From an uncultured virus (IMG/VR IMGVR_UViG_3300032088_001800) (Duplodnaviria; Heunggongvirae; Uroviricota; Caudoviricetes), in the IMG/VR virus record IMGVR_UViG_3300032088_001800, positions 1 through 64,000 of that record: 64,000 bases of DNA. One strand, 5' to 3'. Positions 42,694 to 52,319 of this stretch are shown here, piece after piece; positions within the stretch are counted from its first letter, which is position 1; every line of letters begins with the position of its first letter. The notes under the pieces are model-generated. The model was not told the origin of the DNA. It saw only the letters and a list, made by a program, of their open reading frames with translations, and searched no databases. The position numbers and the translations under genes were made by a program.

Positions 42694-45144
42694 TTAAACT
42701 GTTGCTGTGTTTCCTGATCCGCCAACTGACCTTGCGCCGATTACATAGTATTCATCTGGCTTTGTACCATATCCGTCAGTTTGTCCACGCTGACCGTTTC
42801 TCCAGTTTTTCATTGCATTAGCACCTAATAAATGTGCGCCAGCTAACATGCCTGCCTTTTTATCGTTTGTATCGCCGGAACGTATACCGCCGTTGTTTGT
42901 TAGATAACTGTAGTTTTTGTTTGTATATGCTATCATTGCTTTTTCTTGACAGTTACCGACATTTGTTAACCAATCTCTTTTGTTATTAACTCCGTCTTTG
43001 CCTGTCCAAGCAGATGGATTATCAAGTGTTCTGTTATTACCACTAGAACCTAAAATAATATATCCTGCTTCTTGACACGCTAATGATCCAAATTGATACT
43101 TGCCGGAATAACCAATAGTATTAACAACATCATATTTGTTACCACTTTCACGCTGTCCAATTGCACTCATATAGTTTGCCGTTTCGCCTTTACTAAATCC
43201 TGTAATTGTTCCAGGAACTTCAGCAGCAGATAGAACAGGTGCAGCTATTGTGCCCGGCTGTTGAAGAGCAGAATCAAGTGTTCTGTCAACTGTTGGATCT
43301 AATGGATCGCTTCCTGCTGCTAAACTAAATCCTCCTGCACTACTGTTTGAGAAACTTGATATTGCAGGGTTAAGAGATGCAACTTGCTGGTTTGAATTTT
43401 TTCTAAATGTATCAGGTGTTTGAGCTGGTCTGCCGTCTATTAGTTGTCCAACTTGCTCTCTATCAGTTTCTTCTAATTTAAATGACTGCGGATTTTGATT
43501 TTCATGATGCGGCCAAGGTTCGTGCTGCGGAGATCTTGCTAGAATACTTTGGTACGTTCCTGGAACACTAACACCTGGTGTAATTTGAGGTAGTGAAATT
43601 AAAGATAATCTTACAACTGGTTCAGGAGTTTCTGCGGCGCCGGCTGCGGCTGCACTACCAGACAATCCACTGTTCCAATGTACTTCGCCTGCATCCCCTG
43701 AAAGTACGCCTTCGGCTGCTAAACTAATATTAGATCCTGATGATACTAACGTACTTGCTGCTGAAGTAATATTAACACTTGCTCCTGATTGTAGGTTCAT
43801 AGCTGCTGTTGAAATAACATTTATAGCAGCATCAGAATCTATATTAGTTGCACCTGCTGATTTAATATTAACAGCAGCACCAGCTTCTGCTTTGATTGCA
43901 GCGCCAACAAGCAATTGGTGGTTAGCACCAACAGTTATTTTAGATTCTGTACCTACGTCTAAATTAAAGGCATGCTTAGATTCAATTTGTACTCTGCCAG
44001 CTTCATTTCCACGTCCATCTTTATTTGCAAAGTTTGCATATCTAGCACTTGCTTTCATATTGATGTTTCTACCAGCTTCTACATTAAAGTCTCTAAATGC
44101 AGTAAAGTTTACATCATTTTCACTATTAACACTAATACTATCTTGACTATGAATATCTATTTTACCATCACTAGTAATTTCTATCCATGCAGTTCCTCGT
44201 GAATTAGCAATATAAATTAAATCTTCTGAATTGTGTAGTAAAATTTGATGACCAGTACGTGTCCTAAATCTTAATAATTCGTTGTGTGGTATAGTTTCGT
44301 CGCCACCTGCTTCGCCTGCTTCTAAACTAGCATAGAAAGGCGGTGCTTCTTCTGCATGTCCTTTCCTAAGTAACTTATCGTCACCATCATCCATAACAAT
44401 ACTAGAACCACCTAAGCGGCTTGCATAGTAATTTGCTCTATTTTGTTCTGAACCTGTTTCAAGTGTAGGTGCTCCAGGACGTTTATCTGTTGGGCCTGGT
44501 GTTGACATACCAAAAACTCCACTAGGTACTTCTCTTCTAGCACTTGTAGTTGTAGTACCTCGTGTTTCGTCCGATATTAATCCTTGAATTTGTAAAATTT
44601 GACTAAAGTCTTTGTTGTAAGGTTTTACAAACCTAGTCGGATCTTTGCCAGCGCCTGTTTCAGTTTTCTTGTTATACTCGCCAACTGGTAATTTAATACC
44701 TTGTAAATCTTGAGGAGTATTAGGTGTAGTTAAATCAGTACTTGCTCTTCCGTCAGGAACCATAAAGTTCATATTTTCGTCTTGAATACAACCTATCCAA
44801 TAAGCATAATTTGTATTATCTTCTGCAAACATAACTAGAACTTTTGTTCCAACATCTGGCGGAACAGCCCAAAAGCCATAGCTTTTTTGTGTATATTCAT
44901 AACCGTCGTTTGCTGTTGTACCCATTGACGGAGTAACCCCATAAAATGGACTTAGGTATTTACATGTTACAAGTTGTCCAGTTCTCTCAGGATTATTACC
45001 TGCACCTTGCTTAAGAAGTTCAACTTCTAGTGTTCCCATATTATAAGGATCAAGATGGTTAACAATGATTGCTTCATATGGTCCGCCGGAATTTGGTGGT
45101 CCTGCACTGTTTACTGTCCTTGATAACGTATTTGGTCTAGACAT
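42694..45144 (-). CDS. Baseplate central spike (gp5/VgrG-like) with C-terminal lysozyme-like domain
   Basis: N-terminal OB-fold (DPYNMGTLEV...VPPDVGTKVLVMF...YWIG), beta-helix repeats, C-terminal QRESGNKYDVVNTIGYSGKYQFG. Confidence 0.75.
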   Translation of the reverse strand: MSRPNTLSRTVNSAGPPNSGGPYEAIIVNHLDPYNMGTLEVELLKQGAGNNPERTGQLVTCKYLSPFYGVTPSMGTTANDGYEYTQKSYGFWAVPPDVGTKVLVMFAEDNTNYAYWIGCIQDENMNFMVPDGRASTDLTTPNTPQDLQGIKLPVGEYNKKTETGAGKDPTRFVKPYNKDFSQILQIQGLISDETRGTTTTSARREVPSGVFGMSTPGPTDKRPGAPTLETGSEQNRANYYASRLGGSSIVMDDGDDKLLRKGHAEEAPPFYASLEAGEAGGDETIPHNELLRFRTRTGHQILLHNSEDLIYIANSRGTAWIEITSDGKIDIHSQDSISVNSENDVNFTAFRDFNVEAGRNINMKASARYANFANKDGRGNEAGRVQIESKHAFNLDVGTESKITVGANHQLLVGAAIKAEAGAAVNIKSAGATNIDSDAAINVISTAAMNLQSGASVNITSAASTLVSSGSNISLAAEGVLSGDAGEVHWNSGLSGSAAAAGAAETPEPVVRLSLISLPQITPGVSVPGTYQSILARSPQHEPWPHHENQNPQSFKLEETDREQVGQLIDGRPAQTPDTFRKNSNQQVASLNPAISSFSNSSAGGFSLAAGSDPLDPTVDRTLDSALQQPGTIAAPVLSAAEVPGTITGFSKGETANYMSAIGQRESGNKYDVVNTIGYSGKYQFGSLACQEAGYIILGSSGNNRTLDNPSAWTGKDGVNNKRDWLTNVGNCQEKAMIAYTNKNYSYLTNNGGIRSGDTNDKKAGMLAGAHLLGANAMKNWRNGQRGQTDGYGTKPDEYYVIGARSVGGSGNTATV

Positions 45145-45168
45145 TAATGTACTCCATTAAATTGTTCC

Positions 45169-45921
45169 TTAAGACGGTCCTGAAGAACCACCGAACTGCT
45201 CAAAAGGTTCACCATTTTGCTGATGTGTATACTTGTATAGCTTATCCCATTCAGCTCTCTTTGCTCTTTCCCGCGGATCAAGCGGTCTTGGATCTACAGC
45301 TTCAAACGCTGGAGCATTTTGATGCTCCGCAGTACTATGTGTATTAGATCCGCATTCTTTACACGCAGCAAGATTTCCTTGTGGTGTATTTACTCCTGCA
45401 CCGGTACTCCCTAGTCCACGTTGTGATCCTAGTTGTGCAGCAGCATTAGATAATGTAAATACTTTTTGTCCAGTACGATAATCATATCTATTATCTAAAG
45501 GATCTGTTGGTAAGTAGGGTCTATTAGGAACTGATTGTATTCCGCCTCCGGAACCTTGTGCAGTTAAATTACTCGGCAATACTGATGCAGCAGCCGTTGC
45601 AGGCGAAACTGTAGCTAATGATGTTACATCAGGACCTATACCTCCAAAAGGATCTAGTTGGGCTGCTATAGATCCGACATCAGGCAACCCTGGAATAGAA
45701 CCTGCTATACCATCAATACTAGGTAAATTTGGGATAGCATCTGCTATATTACCAATGTTAGGTACACCTGAAATGTTTGGTGTTAAATTTGCTATTTCAG
45801 TTGCCTTAGCAGCAATTTTTCGTGTTGTTGCTTCTAATCTTGCTTTTTGAGTTTCGACAATAGTGCCAACAGGACCTGCGGCTATATAATCTCCTGCTTT
45901 TAAGAAATTGTTAATTGCCAT
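45169..45921 (-). CDS. Hypothetical protein with IP-x-LP repeats and a zinc-knuckle-like motif
   Basis: 250-aa ORF overlapping the upstream stop (TAATG); CKECGSNTHSTAEH. Confidence 0.6.
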   Translation of the reverse strand: MAINNFLKAGDYIAAGPVGTIVETQKARLEATTRKIAAKATEIANLTPNISGVPNIGNIADAIPNLPSIDGIAGSIPGLPDVGSIAAQLDPFGGIGPDVTSLATVSPATAAASVLPSNLTAQGSGGGIQSVPNRPYLPTDPLDNRYDYRTGQKVFTLSNAAAQLGSQRGLGSTGAGVNTPQGNLAACKECGSNTHSTAEHQNAPAFEAVDPRPLDPRERAKRAEWDKLYKYTHQQNGEPFEQFGGSSGPS

Positions 45922-48900
45922 TATTGCGCTCCGCCTGTTCTAGCTTGAGGTGTTTCAGTAGCAGGTAAAGACGTTGCACCACCAGAAGGAATTACTCCTC
46001 TACGTAGGCCTTGAAGCGATCCACCTTCGTTTGATGCAGCTGAGAAATGCATAGCATCTTTGCTTTTTCCTGTCCAGGCTCCGCCCCAACCCATTCCGTA
46101 TTTGTTTGCTAATGCAACCATTTCACTACCTGTGCCGCCTGCTGGCATGTCTGTTATGTAGTTTGGACCAAATGGGTTTTCAGGAGGGTTAATATCAATA
46201 GCAATGCCGCCGGAGTGCCAACTCAGTGTTGACGTTTTGCCAATATATCTATAATTATAGCCGCCAATGCTGTATATTTCATACCCGTAGACATTTTCTA
46301 ATTCGTCAATCATTGCTTGAAACTGCGGTGCTAGTGATGCTGCTACTTGTGTTGATTTGCCTTGCTTACTAGTTGTAATAGTTGCAAGTTGTCCCCCGCT
46401 TCCAGCTGGACTACCGGCTGGTGCTGTACTGTTTCTCGCACCTGGACCAGTTCCTCCGCTTGTTACTGGAGAATTTGCATTTGTTAGTGTACGGTTTTGT
46501 TGGTTTCCTACTACGCCGCCTGGTCCTGAACTACGTCCTCCTGACATTCTGTCAGCTGCACGAGGATCCATATTATTTGCATCACCTTCTCTTATTGCTT
46601 CAGACTCACCTGTTGCTTCATCATTTTGACCGCGGCGTCTAATCAGTTTTAAATTAGTCTTAAATTGACCTTTACTGAATGTATTTGTAACTTCATTTAC
46701 TTGGAATAGTCCACTGAACGGCTTTACTATAGTGCTAAATTGCATTAGTCCGCCTTCGGCATAATCTGTAGGAGTTCTAAAGTTTACAACAATTAATACT
46801 TCTTCATTTTGATAGTCCATGCCGCCGTCAGCATTTGTATTACGCTTCACTCCACTTGCTGGTGCATTGTAATTTCCCATTCCGCTTGTTGGAATAAAGA
46901 ACGGATCTCCCCAAATTTCCATTTCAGCTTGTACCATATCAGTATCACCATTAATTAATGTATTATGAAATGCTTCAGCAATTGCACGTTTTGTACCCGA
47001 TGATGCAGTTGTAGCTATTCCGTTCGGAACAACTGATTTACCATCTGAGTTTCTAACAGGCGCTTTTGGTTCTGCTAAGCCGCCGCCACCTGCTGGACCA
47101 AGTCCGGGTGGTGCTACAACTGTTCCAGGAGGTGGTGTATTTGCAACTACTTCACTTCCAGCACCCGATCTAGTTGGTAAATTAAACTGTCCTAAATCTG
47201 CATACAAGTTTTGATAGAACGCTCCTTTAAATTCAATTGCAAAATCTAATACATCTTCATTTTTTCCTGTGTAGAAATAGTTGTATTCTTTTACTGCGTT
47301 TGCCTTTAATTCTTCTGTACTAGAAGGTATTCTACCAGGTCCCATAAATTTAGCCTCATCTGCTAAAAAAGGAACAACACTGTATACATACACTTTTGCT
47401 TTAGTACCTCTTGATAATTCGCTTGCTACATTTTCAGTATCAAAAACCATTGTTTCAACTTTGAACCATGTTTTAAACCCATTTTGAGCAGGAGTTTCTG
47501 CAAGTGCTTTTCCGTATTCACTACTAATAATAACATCTTCTATAATACCAACAATATTTGTACCTTGTACATACTGTCCTGTTCTTTCAAGATCCTGTTG
47601 TGCTATTGCTTGGCGATTTATAAATCTTAAAGGCCCGTCATCATACATTGCATCGACATGGCTTCCCATTGGTCTGGTTCCGCCTTCATTTGTATCGTTA
47701 GTTAGTACAGCTCTACCAATTTCATTTACGTTAGTTTCTGAAAAATTCTTTAATGTTTCGTAAACATTGGCTCCGCCAGCGGCTTCTACTGCACTTGTAG
47801 CACCTTGCTTATCATCAGGAAACATAATGATATATCTATCTTCTTGAGGAGTAACATTAGCATCTTCACGTGTTTCGTTTCTAGCGTTTAGTACATTTGT
47901 TAAACTGCGTTCGCCTCTTTGCAAATATTCATCAACAGCATTACCACTGATTGATACATCTGTTGGTACTTGTGCAATTTCATCAACAAGTGCTTGTTCA
48001 TTCCATGGCAATGCTTCAACTGAATATCTACTACCTTGTCCGTCAACTTGAAATTCAACATTAGTTAGTTTTATCGGAACGTATTTTGTTGTAACGTTTT
48101 GTTCTTGTTTATTTGGCATTGGAGCACTATTTTCATCAAATCCCAAAAACTGTATTCTCAATATATACGGTGCTTCGATATAATTTGCATGATTTGCTTG
48201 TACCGCTGCTACCTGCATAGCTTCTAAAAACTGTCCCATACTATATGGTTCTAGTACTGTAAATGCAATATTTGTACCCATTGCGATACCAGTTTTAGAA
48301 TTTGGAGCAATAAGTGCATCTATTTCTAAATCTTCTAAATAATACTCTCCAGTAGTATTGTAGTTTACTTCGCCAAATGTAGTAACTCTATCTGCAATGG
48401 CGCCGCCACCGGTTTGACAAACTACATTAGTTAAACCACTAGACCTAAATCCACTTTCAGGCGTGTTTACTTCAGCACTAGTTATACAAGCTAATGTAAT
48501 TCTGTAATTATATGCAGCGTATGATCTTAAAGGATTTTTTAATCTACCATTAGCATCAGTTGCTATAGCTGTGTTAGATCTATCAGTTCTACCGCCTGAG
48601 CCTATTGATGCTAGTCCAAAAAACGCTCCTCCTAAGTCGCCGCTGAGTAGACTTGTTGCTGAATTTAAGAGGCCGCCAATTGATCCACCTGCTACTTTTG
48701 ATATAGCACTGTTAAGAACATTTTCGCCAATGCCTCCGGGTAATCCGCTAGGCAGTACTTTGATAGAACTACTTAATGATTCAAAATCTTTGATTAGAGG
48801 TATCTTTCCAAGAAGACCCATTTCAAAATCTTGCATACCAGCTCGCTGAATACTTTCGAACTTTCTAGTAAAATTATCTGTTATGCCTTGTACGTTTCCT

Positions 48901-49064
48901 GGTAGTCCTGATACACCAGATATTGCGCCTCGCAGATCTTTATTAAATCCGCCAAAATTAACTTTAGATAATTGATTTTGAGCCGCAGATAAATTTTTAT
49001 TAAAGTTTCCAAGAGAAGCTGCTGATCCTGCAATATTTGATGATATGAAACTGCCAAAACCCAT
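45921..49064 (-). CDS. Baseplate hub-like protein with C-terminal M15 zinc peptidase domain
   Basis: GDPFFI and FSGLFQVNEVTNTFSKGQFKTNL (gp27/gp44-like hub end); C-terminal SWHSGGIAIDIN...WGGAW...KDAMHFS. Confidence 0.75.
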   Translation of the reverse strand: MGFGSFISSNIAGSAASLGNFNKNLSAAQNQLSKVNFGGFNKDLRGAISGVSGLPGNVQGITDNFTRKFESIQRAGMQDFEMGLLGKIPLIKDFESLSSSIKVLPSGLPGGIGENVLNSAISKVAGGSIGGLLNSATSLLSGDLGGAFFGLASIGSGGRTDRSNTAIATDANGRLKNPLRSYAAYNYRITLACITSAEVNTPESGFRSSGLTNVVCQTGGGAIADRVTTFGEVNYNTTGEYYLEDLEIDALIAPNSKTGIAMGTNIAFTVLEPYSMGQFLEAMQVAAVQANHANYIEAPYILRIQFLGFDENSAPMPNKQEQNVTTKYVPIKLTNVEFQVDGQGSRYSVEALPWNEQALVDEIAQVPTDVSISGNAVDEYLQRGERSLTNVLNARNETREDANVTPQEDRYIIMFPDDKQGATSAVEAAGGANVYETLKNFSETNVNEIGRAVLTNDTNEGGTRPMGSHVDAMYDDGPLRFINRQAIAQQDLERTGQYVQGTNIVGIIEDVIISSEYGKALAETPAQNGFKTWFKVETMVFDTENVASELSRGTKAKVYVYSVVPFLADEAKFMGPGRIPSSTEELKANAVKEYNYFYTGKNEDVLDFAIEFKGAFYQNLYADLGQFNLPTRSGAGSEVVANTPPPGTVVAPPGLGPAGGGGLAEPKAPVRNSDGKSVVPNGIATTASSGTKRAIAEAFHNTLINGDTDMVQAEMEIWGDPFFIPTSGMGNYNAPASGVKRNTNADGGMDYQNEEVLIVVNFRTPTDYAEGGLMQFSTIVKPFSGLFQVNEVTNTFSKGQFKTNLKLIRRRGQNDEATGESEAIREGDANNMDPRAADRMSGGRSSGPGGVVGNQQNRTLTNANSPVTSGGTGPGARNSTAPAGSPAGSGGQLATITTSKQGKSTQVAASLAPQFQAMIDELENVYGYEIYSIGGYNYRYIGKTSTLSWHSGGIAIDINPPENPFGPNYITDMPAGGTGSEMVALANKYGMGWGGAWTGKSKDAMHFSAASNEGGSLQGLRRGVIPSGGATSLPATETPQARTGGAQ

Positions 49065-49065
49065 A

Positions 49066-49356
49066 TTAAGCTCCTATCAATGTTTTCATATTACTTTCTT
49101 TAGGCAAACGTATTTTTGTTCCTGCTGAAAAATCGTATATTGGATCTTTTATTATATCCATATTACGCTGTGCAAATACCCACCATAAATCCTTTGTACC
49201 GTATAAATCATATGCTAGTAGATCTGGTCGATTATGATAATTAGGTGTAATTTCAAATGTTATATCATTATCTTCAGCTGGGATTGGTATAATCTTTAAT
49301 ATATCTAAGTAACCTGATCTTGTTACACCTGTTTTTGCATAGGGGTTCATACTCAT
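49066..49356 (-). CDS. Baseplate wedge gp53/LysM-like protein
   Basis: RPDLLAYDLYGTKDLWWVFAQRN...GTKIRLP. Confidence 0.8.
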   Translation of the reverse strand: MSMNPYAKTGVTRSGYLDILKIIPIPAEDNDITFEITPNYHNRPDLLAYDLYGTKDLWWVFAQRNMDIIKDPIYDFSAGTKIRLPKESNMKTLIGA

Positions 49357-50339
49357 TAGATAAATCCTTCTGTGCCACTAGACGCATAATCGCCGTTTGC
49401 AAACTTCTTTAAGTTAAAGGTAGATTGTGTTGTTCTGCTGTACTGTGGTAATAGTGTTACTGTAATTGTAGATTGTACAGGAACATAGTTAGCTTGGTTT
49501 TGTAAATCAATTTTTATATAATCTACTTCTGCAGGTAAATCAGTTGTAAAGTTACTTACAACTACAGGTATGTTATTAAGAACATGTCTGCCATATCCGT
49601 TTAGTCTAGCAACCAAAGGCGGATTACCACTGTGTGCTCCGTCACCATAGAACATTTTAGTCATTGTTCTAAGATAATGTAACACAGCAATCCAGTATTT
49701 TGCATCAGCTGACGATTCGCTATAAAATTCACCTGTAATTGTTATTGCATCTACTTGACTGTTTTCATATGCATTATAAGGATAGTTTACATGAGTTGGA
49801 TGTATTTGACTATAACTTGCTGTATTACCAAATAATATTGTAGGTGTAAACGGAAAAACTAGTTTGCCGTTGCTGTTATCAAATGGTGAAAATAAAGCAC
49901 TGCCAGAAATAGCTTGAGGTACAGATAAACTAACTCTCCAATCATTTGATTCGGGATCAATTCCGCCAGTTGACACACTTTGACTTATTAGTTGAGCCTG
50001 TGCTGAATTAGATGAAATAGGGTTAGCGCCAGGCGGAGGACCACCTGCTGCTCCCATTCTGCTTCTAGTTCCAAAACCTCGTGTAAATGTACCTTTGAGA
50101 GCGTTAAAGTCATCTGTGGCACCTTTAGCAAGATTAAGCAAATCTGATCCTTGAGATATTAGGCCTGATAGACCACCAATTGATGGCTTACTAGCAAAGT
50201 TTCCAATAGCACCTTGTAAGCCACTAACTCCGCCGAAAGCTGATGTAGCATTTGATTTTAGATTATTAAATGTACTCTGAGCATTCTTTACAGAGCTTGC
50301 TATTGATGATAATTGATTAAATCCGCTAAAAAGTCCCAT
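49356..50339 (-). CDS. Tail tube initiator/baseplate protein (gp48/gp54-like)
   Basis: LVFPFTPTI...HYLRTMTKMFYG...PPLVARLNGYG...IPVVV; next to the gp53-like gene. Confidence 0.6.
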   Translation of the reverse strand: MGLFSGFNQLSSIASSVKNAQSTFNNLKSNATSAFGGVSGLQGAIGNFASKPSIGGLSGLISQGSDLLNLAKGATDDFNALKGTFTRGFGTRSRMGAAGGPPPGANPISSNSAQAQLISQSVSTGGIDPESNDWRVSLSVPQAISGSALFSPFDNSNGKLVFPFTPTILFGNTASYSQIHPTHVNYPYNAYENSQVDAITITGEFYSESSADAKYWIAVLHYLRTMTKMFYGDGAHSGNPPLVARLNGYGRHVLNNIPVVVSNFTTDLPAEVDYIKIDLQNQANYVPVQSTITVTLLPQYSRTTQSTFNLKKFANGDYASSGTEGFI

Positions 50340-50359
50340 ATTCTTTATCTCCTACATAG

Positions 50360-50365
50360 TATTTA
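50360..50365 (-). promoter_or_regulatory. Late-promoter core TAAATA for the baseplate operon
   Basis: About 21 nt upstream of ATG 50339; AGGAG Shine-Dalgarno between them. Confidence 0.65.
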
Positions 50366-50366
50366 G

Positions 50367-50395
50367 TTGACAAATTTAACTACGTATATTATAAT
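50367..50395 (+). promoter_or_regulatory. Consensus sigma70 promoter for the gp55-like gene
   Basis: TTGACA (50367-72), 17 bp, TATAAT (50390-95). Confidence 0.9.
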
Positions 50396-50424
50396 AGTAT
50401 ATATACTATAAGCCTGGAGCGAAA

Positions 50425-51252
50425 ATGAGAAAAAAGAACTACCTTAATAATAAGGACATTTTAAAAGAAATACACAAATCTAAGAATACATATAACAGTT
50501 ACGTAGAAGAAGCATACGGACAGTTTGATATTATTTTATTAGATGTTGATAGAATTAATATTAGAACTATTGCAGAAGCAAAACGCAACAAAGCAAAACG
50601 CCTAAGTACAGCTGATTACGAAGCACGTAAAATGGCTGGACAAAAAGTTAAACAAGCAGAGTGCGAAGTTGATTATAGAAAAATTACAAAAGAAGAACTA
50701 ATTTTTCGTGTCATGACATTTGATCATATTCCAGAAGAACCTGGAAGAAAAAAGAATCCAAAGACAGTTGCAGACACAAAAACAAAACTAAACTTTCCTC
50801 CATTTAAACATTATAAGTTTACAGATGACGGCGAATTAGTATGTGTAGGAAAAAGTCATTGGGAAGGCGGCATGGAAAATGGTTGCTTTAGTAAGTCACA
50901 TGGCAAAGCAACAAACAATCTAGCTATGATGTGGATGAAGCTTTGTGATAGATACGCAACAAGAGGCAATGTACGTGGTTACACTTACAATGACGAAATG
51001 CGTGGTCAAGCAATCTTGCAATTAGCACAGATTGGCTTACAGTTTGACGAGTCAAAATCACAAAATCCATTTGCTTATTATACTGCGGCTGTAACTAATA
51101 GCTTTGTACGTGTTATCAATATAGAAAAGCGTAATCAAAATATTAGAGACGATATTCTTGAAATGAATGACTTGAATCCAAGTTATACAAGACAACATGC
51201 AGGCGAATGGGAAGCTGCCCTAAAAAGAGAAAAAGAACTTTCAAAAAAGTAG
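50425..51252 (+). CDS. gp55: Late-transcription sigma factor (T4 gp55-like)
   Basis: NYLNNKDILKEI; YTYNDEM...FDESKSQNPFAYYT..VTNSFVRVINIEKR; directly before gp47/gp46 as in T4-like phages. Confidence 0.8.
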   Translation: MRKKNYLNNKDILKEIHKSKNTYNSYVEEAYGQFDIILLDVDRINIRTIAEAKRNKAKRLSTADYEARKMAGQKVKQAECEVDYRKITKEELIFRVMTFDHIPEEPGRKKNPKTVADTKTKLNFPPFKHYKFTDDGELVCVGKSHWEGGMENGCFSKSHGKATNNLAMMWMKLCDRYATRGNVRGYTYNDEMRGQAILQLAQIGLQFDESKSQNPFAYYTAAVTNSFVRVINIEKRNQNIRDDILEMNDLNPSYTRQHAGEWEAALKREKELSKK

Positions 51253-51281
51253 TTGACAAGTGTACATTTTTGTTATATAAT
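51253..51281 (+). promoter_or_regulatory. Consensus sigma70 promoter for gp47-gp46
   Basis: TTGACA (51253-58), 17 bp, TATAAT (51276-81). Confidence 0.9.
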
Positions 51282-51311
51282 ATAACAAGTAGATAACCCG
51301 GAGACTATATT

Positions 51312-52319
51312 TTGTTTAAGAAAGCAGCAGTTTTTACTGACATACACTTTGGCCTTAAAAGTAATAGCCGAACGCATAACTCAGACTGTGAAGAATTCAT
51401 TGATTGGTTTATTGCTAATGCAAAAGAAAAAGGTTGCGAAACCTGCATTTTTTGCGGCGATTGGCATCACAACAGAAATTCACTTAATCTTACTACTATG
51501 GATGCAACAATTCGTAGTATGGAAAAGTTAGGCAAAGCATTTGATAAAGTTTTAATGTTTGTAGGAAATCATGATTTATATTACAAAGACAAACGTGATG
51601 TAAGTTCTACTGAGTTTGCTAGGCATATACCCGGTATTACAGTAGTTGATGAGATACTAGTTGAAGATGATGTTGCTCTTGTTCCATGGTTAGTCGGTGA
51701 TGAGTGGAAAAAAGTAGGAAAAATTAAAGCCAAATATTTGTTTGGTCATTTTGAACTACCTAGCTTCTATATGAATGCTATGGTACAGATGCCTGATCAC
51801 GGAGACTTAAAGGCTGAACATTTTGTTAATCAAGAATATGTGTTTTCAGGGCACTTTCATAAACGTCAAAAACAGGGCAAAGTACATTACTTAGGTAATG
51901 CATTTCCGCACAACTATGCAGATGCATGGGATGATGATCGTGGAATGATGGTACTAGAACACGGAGGCGAACCTGAGTACATTAACTGGGAAGCCTGTCC
52001 AAAATACAGAACAATAAAACTTTCTAAACTAATTGATGACACTGACAAACTTATTAAAGATAAGATGTATTTGCGTGTTACATTGGACTTACCAATTAGT
52101 TATGAAGAAGCTAACTTTATTAAAGAAACTTATATTAGCAATTACGGTGTTCGTGAACTAACACTTATACCGCAAAAGCAGATGGAAGAAATTAGTACAG
52201 ATTTAGATATTGCACAATTTGAAAGCGTTGATCAAATTGTAGCAAGTGAAATAGCAGAACTAGATACTGCCAACTACGATAAGAACACTCTCTTACAAAT
52301 ATATAATGGTTTAGAATGA
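51312..52319 (+). CDS. gp47: Recombination nuclease subunit, Mre11/SbcD-like (gp47)
   Basis: Metallophosphoesterase motifs DIHFG, GDWHH, GNHD, GH, SGHFH; TTG start with GGAG Shine-Dalgarno. Confidence 0.92.
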   Translation: MFKKAAVFTDIHFGLKSNSRTHNSDCEEFIDWFIANAKEKGCETCIFCGDWHHNRNSLNLTTMDATIRSMEKLGKAFDKVLMFVGNHDLYYKDKRDVSSTEFARHIPGITVVDEILVEDDVALVPWLVGDEWKKVGKIKAKYLFGHFELPSFYMNAMVQMPDHGDLKAEHFVNQEYVFSGHFHKRQKQGKVHYLGNAFPHNYADAWDDDRGMMVLEHGGEPEYINWEACPKYRTIKLSKLIDDTDKLIKDKMYLRVTLDLPISYEEANFIKETYISNYGVRELTLIPQKQMEEISTDLDIAQFESVDQIVASEIAELDTANYDKNTLLQIYNGLE

